From Octopus sinensis (taxonomy: Eukaryota): a stretch of DNA of 64,000 nucleotides. The notes under the pieces are model-generated. The model was given only the letters and a program-made list of their open reading frames with translations, was not told the origin of the DNA and ran no database searches. Within the stretch, counting starts at the first letter, position 1. The number at the start of each line of letters is the position of its first letter. The position numbers and the translations under genes are program-made. The stretch is from assembly GCF_006345805.1 (NCBI RefSeq), contig NC_042999.1, positions 40,982,001-41,046,000 on the forward strand. The letters are read 5' to 3'. Shown one piece after another: positions 1 through 12,249 of the stretch.

Positions 1-1315
1 TATTTCTAACATGCGGGGAGCAGTTTAGTCTGTTACATCTACCCAGTTACACCCAGTTACACCCAGTTACATCCCTGTTAATTCATCTTACCGACACAGA
101 AAGCATGAAAAGCAAAATTGATTTCAGTGACCAATAATAACTTGTGATCTCGTGGGAATATTAGAGATTGTTAATCTTGTATACGTTGTTCAACTCGAGG
201 ATAACTCTGATTGAAAAGACTTTTATAATCAAAGGTATTTCTCCAGTATTGTGATCATTTTTTTTCTTTTTTAATTTTGCGTTAGTATATCTAGGAAAAC
301 AATCCAACGTGTCTATAATGTTTTAACATAGTAGGATATGGATTCAGAGATATGTGACTGCTACATTTACCAAGGCGAGGGTCCATGAAGAGGATTACAT
401 CTTTGGGTTGTTAATGACAGAGTTATAAAAAGAACAGAAAACACACAGAAACTAAAGAGCATCGTGTGAAACAGATTTCACGATGTAGTTACAGTCGATG
501 CTTTATGCTTTGCGCTCAGATACCGTCATGGGAGACTTGATGTTTCAACTTTCTAAGGTCAGTGCATACCCCTCCCTATTGAATAATAGTGTGGGCTCGG
601 TTGGAATGGCTGCACCTCATCATAAGTATCTGGCCTTGTGTCAATAAAAGACATCACTAGAGACATCTATTGGCACATATGTATGCGTATTTTGATTAAG
701 TTTCGGGAGTGTCACACTCATGATGATGTAATCTAGTCGTATCTATTTCTAGATCAATGAATACATTCATAAATGAAGATGATCACTTTAGACATCGTCT
801 AAATTTTTAATGATTTTATTTATAACAACATACACAGCACGGTAGAACAGCCATCATCACGCATCACACAGAATCATTGATACTAAAGTTAAATAGCTGG
901 AGTAACAGAAACAGGAGAATTCTATCCAAAATGCGTTTTACTTATTAATTCCGTGTCTTATGTTCGGAGTTCAAAACCAGCCGGAATTCTAAGTTTGGCC
1001 TCATACTCTGATACTTCCTGTGTTGATATAACAACAACTACTTAAACATATCCGGTGTTCAAATCAATGAACTACGAAATCGGGCATTGTGCCAATGTAC
1101 TATTGCCGTTGTCGCTGTTATACTATCTTTATACACAAACTCTCAAATCAGGTTTGTTATTCATTTAGTCAAAGATCATCTAAATTTACTTCGGACAGCC
1201 TCGCTTTCTCTCTCTCTCTCCTTCTGACTCCCGTGTGTGTGTGTGTGTGTGTGTGTGTGTAAGGCACACGTTCTTTTATCGTACTATTCTTTTTTTCTCT
1301 CTGGACCATTTCCTC

Positions 1316-1346
1316 TTTTATACGAAGAGCCATGCTCGAAACATCA
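1316..1346 (+). ncRNA. Decayed minimal hammerhead ribozyme motif (Penelope-type)
   Basis: ...ttaTACGA-A-GAGC-cat-GCTC-GAAAC-atc: stem II and GAAAC are intact; the CUGANGA core and GUH triplet are mutated. Same layout as 2252-2284 and 36402-36437. Confidence 0.4.
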
Positions 1347-1599
1347 CATCCCCTCTTTTTTACCTTCTTAAACTGATCGTCAACTTCATTCATTGTGTAC
1401 ATCCTTTGGGTGTTTTTGTTTTAATTTCTCTCTCTCTTTCTCTCTCTCCCCCCTCTCTCTCTCTCTCTCTCGTTATATATATATATATATATATATATAT
1501 TACTGTTTTGTTCTCACTGTCCTGTTTTTGTTACCACTTTCACCCCCCGCAAAAAATCCCAAATTTTAATTTGCTTTGCGGGAAGGACTGTTTTAACGA

Positions 1600-1803
1600 A
1601 GTCCCGTCTTGTCCCTATCTTCGAAACGGAGAGTAGATAAAACAGGGGACAACTGATGAAGGGAATGCTTTTTATGTTGCTGTCTCGTTTCTCTGTTTGT
1701 TTCTTTCTTTCGTTGTTCGAACAAAAATTCGTTTTCTACGTTTTTGTTTTTTATGTTCTCCTTTCTCATTTTGTCCATGTTTTTTGATGCCCTGTACCCA
1801 TAT
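1600..1803. mobile_element. Dispersed repeat family F (probable Penelope-like terminal repeat fragment), copy 1
   Basis: Reverse-complement similarity to 7413-7590 and 49410-49600; shared end tgatgccctgtacccatatatg and a CTGATGAAGGG word. Confidence 0.5.
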
Positions 1804-2251
1804 ATGCATGTATATATATATACATACATATGTAGGTATGTACATGTATGTATGTATATATATATATGCATATGTTTATATATATCTATATATCTATATA
1901 TATATATATATATACACACACAACACGAATGAATAGTTTCATACGACTTAAAGTTTCATGCGTTTGAAAGACGGATCCCTATCTCATAATATATCCGGAG
2001 AAGATATATCTAGATATAGGAATGCCTGATGGAATGAATCCGTCCTACTAGCTCACGAAACTTACATCATATGGAACTGAATCAAAATATGATGAGTGTG
2101 TTGGTGTGTGTGTATATATATAGTCACTTCAAGTAAACAAACAAGTCAAATAAACGGATAGAAAAAACTATAAAAAAAATCCCCGAAAAACAACGAACGT
2201 GTGGACGTGCACAAGAAGTGTATTAGCTTGACGCTCGCTGTAAAGAGAGAG

Positions 2252-2284
2252 TTTAACGTTTCGAGCATAGTTCTTCGTCAGAAA
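2252..2284 (-). ncRNA. Minimal type I hammerhead ribozyme motif (Penelope-type)
   Basis: Minus strand reads TTT-CTGACGA-A-GAAC-tat-GCTC-GAAAC-GTT-AAA: full CUGANGA and GAAA core, GUU cleavage triplet, 3-bp stem I, 4-bp stem II with one mismatch, palindromic ACGT helix III. Confidence 0.6.
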
Positions 2285-2360
2285 GGAGAAAGGGGGAAAG
2301 TCCAAAGAAGGAGAAGAAGAAATCATACATATATATATGTATATATATATATGTAATAAT

Positions 2361-2396
<36 letters not shown>

Positions 2397-2742
2397 ACAA
2401 TATATACATATATATATACATATATATATGTATGATTTCTTCTTTTCTCGTACTATTCTTTTTTTCTCTCTGGACCATTCCTCTTTTATCAGCCGAAATT
2501 GCGAAGATGATCCGGTTCTTGACTGATAACTGAGGGCTTCGAATGTCCCGTCCCGTGGTTCTTGTGTCGTCTTCTAGGTGTTTCACGTTCTTGTCCCAGT
2601 TTGTATATATTTTTTACTTTTTACATATATATATATATATATATAATATATATATACATACATGCATACATACATACATGCATGTGCACACACGCACTTA
2701 GAGGCATATATGCACTTTGCTTGTGTCTGAAAATTCCACTCC

Positions 2743-2797
<55 letters not shown>

Positions 2798-3039
2798 GTA
2801 TGACTTGGATGTAGTTCCTCACTTCGTATGTCTGTCATTTCTATTAGTTACATTCGCTCATTCAATTTTTCCGCGTGTTTGTCTGCGTTTTTCTGTCTTC
2901 CATCATATCAGGTCTCTTGATTTTCTGACGTACCTGTTAATGTAATAACCATGTCGTTGATACGTGAATCTCTATCTCTTTCTAGTTCTCTCTCCCTCTT
3001 TCTCTCTCTCTCTTTCCCTATATATATATATATATATAT

Positions 3040-3083
<44 letters not shown>

Positions 3084-3314
3084 TAGGTGTGATTTGATTA
3101 TAATAGATAACAGATACTAATCTCATTGTTGTACGGTTGTTCCTAGGTGTTTGTGTGCTGTTGCAGTTAGGAATAAATAACGTTTATAACGAAATATATT
3201 ATGCTTTGTTCTGTCCTCCGTTCATTTCTTTCTTTTTGTATTTGTATACGTGTACGTGCGTGTCCTGGTATCTCAATCTTTCTCCCTGTCTTCACAACGA
3301 CAATATCTACTTCA

Positions 3315-3351
<37 letters not shown>

Positions 3352-3513
3352 ACAGTATCAGTGCCAAGCAATGTTTAGGCATAACCGGACTTTACGTTAG
3401 TCAAAATATGTTTGTGACATATTCTAGTTTGTAAAGGCAAATTCATTGCTGTTACAGTGGAAAAAAAAAATTTCTCTCTTACGGTTAAATTATGTAAAAT
3501 CGCCATATCTATC

Positions 3514-3662
3514 CAGTTCTGAACCCCTGTCGGATTCCCAGACACGTTTCTAGCTCTTTAGCTGTTGTCAATGAGAAACACCGAAGAGAGGCAATTCTGA
3601 ATAGACTTATTAAACCGTTTCTAGCTAGAAACATATCTGGGAATCCAACGGGGGCAGCTCTG
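3514..3662. mobile_element. About 150-bp MITE-like inverted repeat
   Basis: Arms 3524-3555 and 3623-3654 match 28/32 as reverse complements. Outer ends read CAG...CTG followed by TA on the right; the left TA is not preserved. Confidence 0.5.
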
Positions 3663-4184
3663 TACATATAGGGTATTCTTTGACCTTTTTACCGCAGGAG
3701 AGACTTTTCTCTGCAAGGTAATCGCAGTGAATTTGTTTGTAGAAATTGTAATATCACAAACATTTGAATTAACCTAAAGTTTGTTGGATAAGTGTTTTAA
3801 TGTCCTTTGAAGTAGCATTTATGTGTATTTAGTTGTTTCAGTTATGGTACGTATTCATCCAAGCTAGAAACACGTGTCGGACTGGATTTTAATAAGAATA
3901 AGACTATAATAAGTAAATTTTAAACATGTAAAATTCTCCATTCTCCTTTATGATGTCTTGCTTATATAATCAGGATTTACATATCGATTGAAGGACCGTG
4001 TAATTACTTATCTTAGATAATTCTGCTTCTTCTTTATCATTTGATGTTATTAATCAAATCTAGATTTTTTCAGACTCCTAATAAAATACCTGCTCGGATT
4101 CCAAATCCCTACTCCTTTACGTTATATGTGTATGTGTATTGTTTTAAAAGTTGTTAAAATGAAATTTTATATATTTTGTATAAG

Positions 4185-4372
4185 ATGAAAGCCAGAAATT
4201 TGGAGGAATGCAAAAGTCGATTATATTGATCTAGTAGTTAACTGGTAATCATTTTAATGTGCCCACAATGATGAAAGATAAATTGGACTTCGGCGTAATT
4301 TGAACTTACATTTACTAAAATTACTACTAGGTATTTTCTATGACTTTACACTGTTTCTGCCAGTCCACGCCC
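4185..4372 (-). mobile_element. SINE family C, degenerate copy
   Basis: Diverged match to the family C head (gttcaaatt B box) and core seen in the younger copies. Confidence 0.6.
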
Positions 4373-4569
4373 CTTATATACGTAAATGCCGAACAATGAA
4401 AATGAGTGCTCAACATCGCATTGGTAGATAAAATTTCTTTATTTGTGTATTGAGGCTACCATTGGTTTTATGTAGGAAGTATGTTAATATCTTTACAATT
4501 TTTCAAGCCGATCACATGGAGGAATGGTTCATCTCCAGTTTGGATTAAAACCCAACTGAGAGGGAGAGG

Positions 4570-4609
<40 letters not shown>

Positions 4610-5338
4610 TGAGTGTGTGTGTGTGTGTTCAAAAATTATCTTACAACTTCCACAGTTTGTTTATTGTATCAAATTGCAAAATGGAATTTAAGAACACCGC
4701 GTGTGTGTATATAGGCGCGTGTGCGCTTATTTGTTTCACTCTTGTTATAGATATGGAAGACGTATGCGGGAGAAAGCCCATATCTGACAGTTACAAACAA
4801 TAAAACGACAGGAAATAGTAAAATATAATAGATGGTAAATTGTTGGAATGACCATAGTTTGCCCCTTTGCCTGGCGATGTGGATGCACCATGAGAGGAAA
4901 AATACCCAGTTTATTCACTGATAACATTCTATGTTGCTTCGCAACTACGGCATTAATGATATTATCCGAATGTATAGAAATCATTGCAATCCCTACCCAA
5001 CAGTTGATTAAGGGAATGTCCCGCAGCACAGTACGTAAAAAGAGAAATAAAGAGAAATATTAAAAAAAAAAAGTGTAAATTATAAATAACATGTCTGTCT
5101 TTTTTTCAACTTATTTATTTGTGTGTCGGCATCAGTACATTCGATCGATCGATTTATCCCGACGGATAACGAGCTAGACAGCGATGCAACCGAACAGAGA
5201 ATTGCATTCATAGTTTTCACAGGTTTTGTCATATTCGTCTTTACGTAGATGCCTTTTATGAAATACATGTGTCTTGTTGAATGCTGCTATGCGTGTGCTC
5301 TCGTGTGTATTATACTTCTCGTTTCTATGCCCATGAAA

Positions 5339-5380
<42 letters not shown>

Positions 5381-5569
5381 AAAACTGTGTCTATTCTTAT
5401 TCCAAAGGCATTAAATTTACAATGTCGCTACAATGTTATCTATAATTATAACGAGTTTGTTTACAACGAAAGTAAATATATTAAAAGGAATTCACAAATA
5501 AACACACGAGGTGCACAATCTCACGCACGAAGAGTCTCACACGCACATATACATACATACATACATACA

Positions 5570-5602
<33 letters not shown>

Positions 5603-5714
5603 CGTAATATATGCACTTGTATTGTTATATCAAGATACATGTTTGCGTCTGTCTGTGTGCCAACAAACATATACAGGTATGTACATATAGTCATTTAGTC
5701 CGATGAATCCCGTA

Positions 5715-5860
5715 GCAGGTGTGGCTGTGTGATAGGAAGCTTGCTTCTGAATCACATGGTTCCTCGTTGAGTCTCAGCTGCATGGCGTCTTGAGCAAATG
5801 TCTTCTACTATCAGAGCCTTGTTAGTGGATGTGGTACATGGAAACTGAAGGAAGCCCGTC
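5715..5860 (+). mobile_element. SINE family B, 5' half
   Basis: A box tggctgtgtg and body ending ggaaactgaaggaagcccgtc, running into the (TA)n block. Confidence 0.75.
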
Positions 5861-6445
5861 ATATATATATATATATATATCAATTTATATATATCTATAT
5901 ATAATATATGTGTGTGGTGTGTGTGTGTGTCTGTGTTTATATATGTATATGTATTTATATATATATATTATTTTATGTATATATGTATATATATTTATAT
6001 ATATATAGATAATATATATGTATATATGTTATATGTATGTATATATGTATATGTCTGTATATATATATATATAGGTATATATATATGTGTATATATGTAT
6101 ATATACATATTTATATATATGTATGTGTATATATGTATGTATATATATGTATACATATATATATGTATGTATATATATGTATACATATATATATGTATGT
6201 ATATATGTATACATATATATATGTATGTATATATATGTATACATATATATATGTATGTATATATATGTATACATATATATATGTCTATATATGTTTACGT
6301 ATATATATGTGTATATATATATTATATGTATATTTGTATTCTTTTTATTCCTTTATATGCTTCAGCCTTGAGACTACAGCCATGCTGGGGCATCGTATAT
6401 GTCTATATGTATATATGTATATATATTTATATATATGTATATAAA
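5861..6445. repeat. Compound (TA)n/(TATG)n microsatellite block
   Basis: Direct inspection; includes a higher-order ~22-nt unit around 6150-6280. Confidence 0.95.
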
Positions 6446-7412
6446 TGTTTGTGTACTTTTTCAATGTGTACAAATAAAACGGAAAAATAAGTAGTTACCA
6501 GTATAACAAAAATTCACATAACCACCCTCAGTGCCCCCACCCCAATTTTTATGCATAAATAACTATTTTATATTTTACTAATCTATATATACTATGAATC
6601 ATTTGATATTTAATATAATATTATATAATTTGTATACAGTACTATAATAATATTATAATAAATCCACTACCTTCCTTCCAACGTCTCCTATTTCTATACC
6701 ATACCCATCGCTCCCTTAGGCACCAGGGCCCACCGGGTAGTGGTTGTGGTGGGAGTGGGGGTGGTAGCGCCGGCTTCGAAAATCTTATGGCTTAGAAGAA
6801 TCTGGTTTTCACTCTCTATAAATTTCTCAGTAACACGCAGAAGCTTTCGTTATGGTAGAAGAAACTTTTGCAATTCGTTCAAAATTTGGATCTTGTGCGT
6901 GATAATTTTCTGCTCACCATATAAAACTGAGCTGAAAACTATAACTCTGAAACCCGGGGTTTTGCAATGCGGATCCTGGTGAAGTGAGGTGTTATTGTAC
7001 ATCTACATTATTTATTAATTAAACAATCGTAACTCAAGGGGCGAGTTTCCTATTACAGCTCTTATCCGCAACTTAAGTGCCAGACACAACGCTCTCGGTC
7101 TTTAAGTCATTTGCAAATTCTGCTCATTATAAATTTTACTGCAATAGGTATATGACCTGGAATTTTTTGAAGAGGGAGTTTGTTGATTACATATAACTCG
7201 GTGCTCGACTGGTAATATTTTTATCGAAAAAAAGGGTGAATGAATTTTAAAGTCGACCTTGCTGGAATTTGAACTTGCCTGTTTACAAATAAAACTTATG
7301 TACTGAATTTTATTATATATATATAAATATATAATAAATTAATAAATAAAACATATGCATATATACATACATATATGTACGTACCTACCTTTACATGTAT
7401 ATAGACATGCAT

Positions 7413-7590
7413 ATATGGGTACAGGACACAAAAAAAAAAACGTCGAACACAATGAGAAATGAAAACATAAACACAAAACCAAGGAACTGGACATTTTTCT
7501 TAAACAACGAAAAAATAGAGTACAGGACAAATAACACAAGGAAAATTCCCCTTCTTCAGTCGCCATGGTTTCATCTACTCTGCGTTTCAT
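7413..7590. mobile_element. Dispersed repeat family F, copy 2
   Basis: Begins atatgggtacaggacac; similar to 49410-49600 and, inverted, to 1600-1803. Confidence 0.5.
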
Positions 7591-7645
7591 GTATGTATGA
7601 ACACTCATACACACACACACACACAGATACATATAAATATATATA

Positions 7646-7944
7646 TCACATGACCGACCAGGCTATCAGATGTTGCTACACATCGCTGGTCACAATGCGC
7701 TTCGCATTGTTTTAGCCTTCAAATGACGCCACTCCACTGGGTAAGCGAGCAGGCCAACAGAAGAATGCGAGAAAGTTGTGGTGAAAGAGTACAGCAGGGA
7801 TCGCCACCACCCCCTGCCGGGGCCTCGTGGAGCTTTTAGGTGTTTTCTTTCAATAAACACTCACAATGCCAGGTCTGCGAATCGAAACCGCGATCCTACG
7901 ACTACTAGTCCACTACCCCAATTACTGGGCCATTGCGCCTCCAC
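7646..7944 (-). mobile_element. tRNA-derived SINE family A, tail type 3
   Basis: Head gtggaggcgcaatggcccagt with B-box-like ggtttcgattc; 3' tail shared with 58211-58489. Confidence 0.9.
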
Positions 7945-7989
<45 letters not shown>

Positions 7990-8492
7990 TATATATATAT
8001 TAAATTATGTTCACACAAAAAGAAGGGAGAGATAGAGAGAGAAAGAGAGATGGTAAGGTAGACAGTGTGTGCGTGAGTAAGAGAGAGAGAGAGAAATATT
8101 ATAAACAAACGTGATAATTTATGAAAAATGTGAGCGGACGTGTGTCTCAGTGCGCGTGCTGGCGTGTTTCTATGAATATCTCATTAGATTTATCCACCTG
8201 CCAGCTATCGAACAGCTATATATATCTGAAGTGTCTGTTTGAGCGAGTATTGACTGTATTTTTGCGGTTTCTTGCTAAACTCCTTCGTTTATTATGTAGC
8301 GAACAATTGTGGTAAAAAAGCATCAACGTCATAACTTCCTATTTTTCCTCCATGGCGAAACGTATTCTTTATTGTTTCTATTATTATTGTGGTTTATCCA
8401 GGATCGACTTTTATCAAATTAAGTACAATTCAAGTACTCTGGTCAATATAAAACGATTGTTCAATTTCTCCGATTTCGTGGTCTTGTGTTTA

Positions 8493-8882
8493 TCTCTCTC
8501 TATATAAAGCTGAAGTTGTCTGTGTATGGCAGGTTTGGTAGCCTTCAACTAACACTATCTCCTCCGAGACCCTGCAGCGTAAGTTGACCAAAATTGACAG
8601 TATGAGAGAAGAAGGTTTGCTCTTTCTTCCGTAGAAGAAAAAATTCAAATCGGACCATGTTAACATCAAACATTATTTACATCAAAAAGGTGCTTTTTTT
8701 TCTATGAAAATCCCTATTTTTTACGATTTTTTCACTGCTGTGTCGCATTTTTCGGTGTATTTCAACCAGAAATGTTCACTTAAAGAGAATAACAAGCTAC
8801 ACAATGCAAAATTTTTACTTTTTAAAAATTTCAATTCCAAAGGGTCGAAACAAACCCGAGCAACGCCGGGCGATACTGCTAG
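8493..8882 (+). mobile_element. Non-autonomous Helitron, 390 bp
   Basis: A|TC 5' end, 3' hairpin CCCG-agcaacgc-CGGG, terminal CTAG|T, no TSD; empty site visible near 10165-10180. Confidence 0.88.
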
Positions 8883-9099
8883 TAGTTGAAAAAATAACCT
8901 TCATGTTGTACTTGTTATTGTTTAACCAGTGGTTCTTAACCAAGGTTCATATGACCCCTGAGAGTCCATATAAGATATCTGGAGGCCCACGCGAGCAAGG
9001 TAGTAATTTAGGGATTAGTAGTCTTATTTGAAGTATCCATGAAAAATGTTTCCTTTCGATGTATTTATTGCAAGGTTTCTTTTCTCTAGCGCTTAACAT

Positions 9100-9428
9100 T
9101 TTATTTATTTATTTATGCGCCCTTTTCAAGCCTAGCCAGGCTCATGGGCCCTGTTTCCCGCTTTCTGTGGCGTATGTGTTCCCATCCCCACCCCACCTTG
9201 ACGGGAAGCCAGTCCATCGCAGCGTTACTCAAGAAACAGGAAGAAAGAGTGAGAGAAAGTTGGGGCGAAAGAGTACAACAGGGGTAGCCACCACCCACTG
9301 CAGGAGCCTCGTCGAGCCTTTAGATGTTTTCGTTTAAAAAACACACACAACGCCCGGTCTGGGAATCGAAACCGCGATCCTCCGATCGCAAATCAACTGC
9401 CCTAACCACTGGGCCATTGCGTCTCCAC
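9100..9428 (-). mobile_element. SINE family A, tail type 2, with 12-bp TSD
   Basis: TSD AGCGCTTAACAT at 9088-9099 and 9429-9440; (TAAA)n tail; A and B boxes in head. Confidence 0.93.
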
Positions 9429-9486
9429 AGCGCTTAACATAGTTCAACATTTTCTTGCTAACCTATACAAGCAAATGTGTGAAAAA

Positions 9487-9905
9487 GGCGCAGGAGTGGC
9501 TGTGTGGTAAGTAGCTTGTTTACCAACCACATGGTTCCGGGTTCAGTCCCACTGCGTGGCACCTTGGGCAAGTGTCTTCTACTATAGCCTCGGGCCGACC
9601 AAAGCCTTGTGAGTGGATTTGGTAGACGGAAACTGAAAGAAGCCCGTCGTATATATATGTATATATATATATATGTATGTGCGTGTATGTTTGTGTGTCT
9701 GTGTTTGTCCTCCTAGCATTGCTTGACAACCGATGCTGGTGTGTTTACGTCCCCGTCACTTAGCGGTTCGGCAAAAAGAGACCGATGAGACCGATAGAAT
9801 AAGTACTGGGCTTACAAAGAATAAGTCCCGGGGTCGAGTTGTTCGATTAAAGGTGGTGCTCCAGCATGGCCGCAGTCAAAATGACTGAAACCAGTAAAAA
9901 GAGAA
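9487..9905 (+). mobile_element. SINE family B, full length
   Basis: tRNA-like head (tggctgtgtgg, ggttcagtccc), CORE-like accttgggcaagt, internal (TA)(TG) microsatellite, tail gactgaaaccagtaaaa. Confidence 0.92.
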
Positions 9906-10276
9906 AAAAAAAAAAGAGAAAGAGGAATTTCAGAAGAAGTATCTATAAACAAATGGTGGTGCTCCAGCATGGCCACAGCTCGTGAGCTGAAACTAGATAA
10001 AATAAAAAAAATAAAAACTAGTTTTTTTAAACATTGAATAGTAACGAGGGTCCACCAACGTAAAATAATAACCTGGGATCGACTTTTATCAAAATAAGTA
10101 CAATTCAAGTATTCTGGTCGATATAAAACGATTGTTCACTTTCTCCAACTCCGTAAGTCCTGTACTTATTATATTTGGCAAAATAAAATGAATTCATCTC
10201 GTTGCTATTTTGGGGGATCAATAGTAACCTTTCAACCGGGATCCCTATGGGCCCTGAGAGTCCATATTAGATATTT

Positions 10277-10392
10277 GGCAATCAATCGTATTTGGTCTCC
10301 GAGTAATGAATGTATTTCTTCGGCAAGTTCCGTATAACATTTATATTTCTATAATGTTTATTTTTTTGCAGCTGGACAGCGGAAAACGCGTT

Positions 10393-10433
<41 letters not shown>

Positions 10434-10435
10434 TT

Positions 10436-10467
<32 letters not shown>

Positions 10468-10628
10468 TCCCTCTCTTTCTCACACACCTTGATTGATTTT
10501 CATTTGCACGAGCGACTTCAAAAGTGATACACACACACACACACACACACTCGCATACACACTAACTCACACAAATATATAGTTACACATACAAATGAAA
10601 AAGACAATGTGTGTGTGTGTGTGTATGT

Positions 10629-10672
<44 letters not shown>

Positions 10673-10776
10673 CCGTGTTTTTCACTGTTCAGCTGCAAAA
10701 AGTAATCAAAAATTTTATACGGAACTTGCCGAACAAATACTTTCATTTCTCGGAGACTAAAAACCGATTGATTGCC
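10277..10776. mobile_element. 500-bp foldback MITE with Merlin-like termini
   Basis: Imperfect ~120-bp TIRs starting GGCAATCAATCG; 8-bp TSD AGATATTT at 10269-10276 and 10777-10784; empty site agatatct near 8973-8980. Confidence 0.85.
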
Positions 10777-10930
10777 AGATATTTGGGGATCCACGCAAGC
10801 AAAATAATAATTTGGGGATCAGCAGTATTATTTTAAGGATCCATAAAAAAATTGCTTTAAACGTATTCATTGCAAGAAACAGCTAGGTTTCTTTCTCTAA
10901 CGCTTAACATAGTTCAATATTTTCGAGCTA

Positions 10931-11350
10931 GCGAGTGGCTGTGTGGTAAGTAGCTTGCTTACAAACCACATGGTTCCGGGTTCATTCCCACTCCGTGGCA
11001 CCTTGGTCAAGTGTCTTCTACTATTGCCTCGGGCCGACCGAAGCCTTGTGAGTGGATTTGGTAGACGGAAATTGAAAGAAGCCCGTCGTATATATGTATA
11101 TATATATATATATATGTTTGTGTGTCTGTTTGTGTATATGTTTGTGTGTCTGCATTTGTTCCCCACCCCCAACATCGCTTGACAACCGATACTGGTGTGT
11201 TTACGTCCCCGTAACTTTCCGGTTCGGCAATAAGAGACCGATAGAATGAGTACTAGGCTTACAAAGAATAAAGTCCTGGGGTCGATTTGCCCGACTAAGG
11301 GCGGTGCTCCAGCATAGCCGCAGTCAAATGACTGAAACAAGTAAAAAAAG
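10931..11350 (+). mobile_element. SINE family B, nearly full length
   Basis: Same structure as 9487-9905; first few bases missing. Confidence 0.9.
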
Positions 11351-11358
11351 AAGTAAAT

Positions 11359-11398
<40 letters not shown>

Positions 11399-12206
11399 TA
11401 TGTATATACAGAGATGGACGTGTATAAGGACCATCCAAAAATATGAATGAGGCTGTCATTGATAATATCAGCAATGTTCCACTTAGTAGCAGCTGCGCAT
11501 GGCATCACTACTAACCTGTTTTGCTTAAATGCAAATTGTTTCAGTGTTGCATACCATATTTTTCCTCTCGAAATGTAAGACCTGCAAACATTGTCGATAC
11601 CGTTGCTCTTCATGTGACGAAGTAAGAGAAATATAAACGTTTATGCCGACCGTATTGTATGTACATCTATTTATCATAACTACAGGCTACAAAGGGCTCT
11701 CAATCGCATGATGCGAATAAGCTATGGACGGGAGCTTTAAAGGATATGTCCAACGATGCGAGAAGAATTTAGGTTAAATGGTCAGGATTTACATTTATAT
11801 TATAAACATTTTGAGTGATGTTGGATTGACGGAAAATTTGTAGATGCTTATTTGATGGCTTGTATCGTTAATTTAAACGTTTAGCCTCATCCCACTATAT
11901 CACTTGGTTTCCGTTGAATAACTTCTTAAGGGTACATACACGTCGTTGTGGAATATTCAGTCACTTGCACACAAATTCCAGTGAGCAAGTAGTTGAGTTG
12001 CTTGCAGTCGAAACCAACATAAATCCATTCAATTTTACATTCATATCTGTGCGTCAGCCCGTTTGATAAAGTGACGGTGATATGTATCTATTGTCTTTAG
12101 TGCAACTTATATGTATGTATACATATATGTACGTATGTATGTATATATAGATGTGCGTAAATGTGTGTGTGTTTGTGTGTGTGTATGTGTGTGTGTACGT
12201 AAGTAC

Positions 12207-12249
<43 letters not shown>

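Larger units (their letters stand above)
8392..9905 (+). repeat. Old local tandem duplication, copy 1 (copy 2 is 10070-11350)
   Basis: Collinear matching blocks: ggatcgacttttatcaaa...aaaacgattgttca; ccctgagagtccatat(a/t)agatat; (g/a)cgcttaacatagttcaa; then a family B SINE in both copies. Confidence 0.7.

Noticed and set aside
6720-6790. G-rich stretch read as a Gly/Ser exon or G-quadruplex
   Set aside because: Short frame ending in a stop, no donor, and G-runs too uneven for a confident three-tier quadruplex.
9360-9560. tRNA-like sequences (SINE heads here and elsewhere)
   Set aside because: A and B boxes are present, but there is no complete cloverleaf and each continues into a SINE body; not called as tRNA genes.
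10897-11613. 238-aa minus-strand ORF
   Set aside because: About two thirds is an antisense read-through of a SINE B copy and microsatellite; the unique N-terminal part resembles nothing I recognise.
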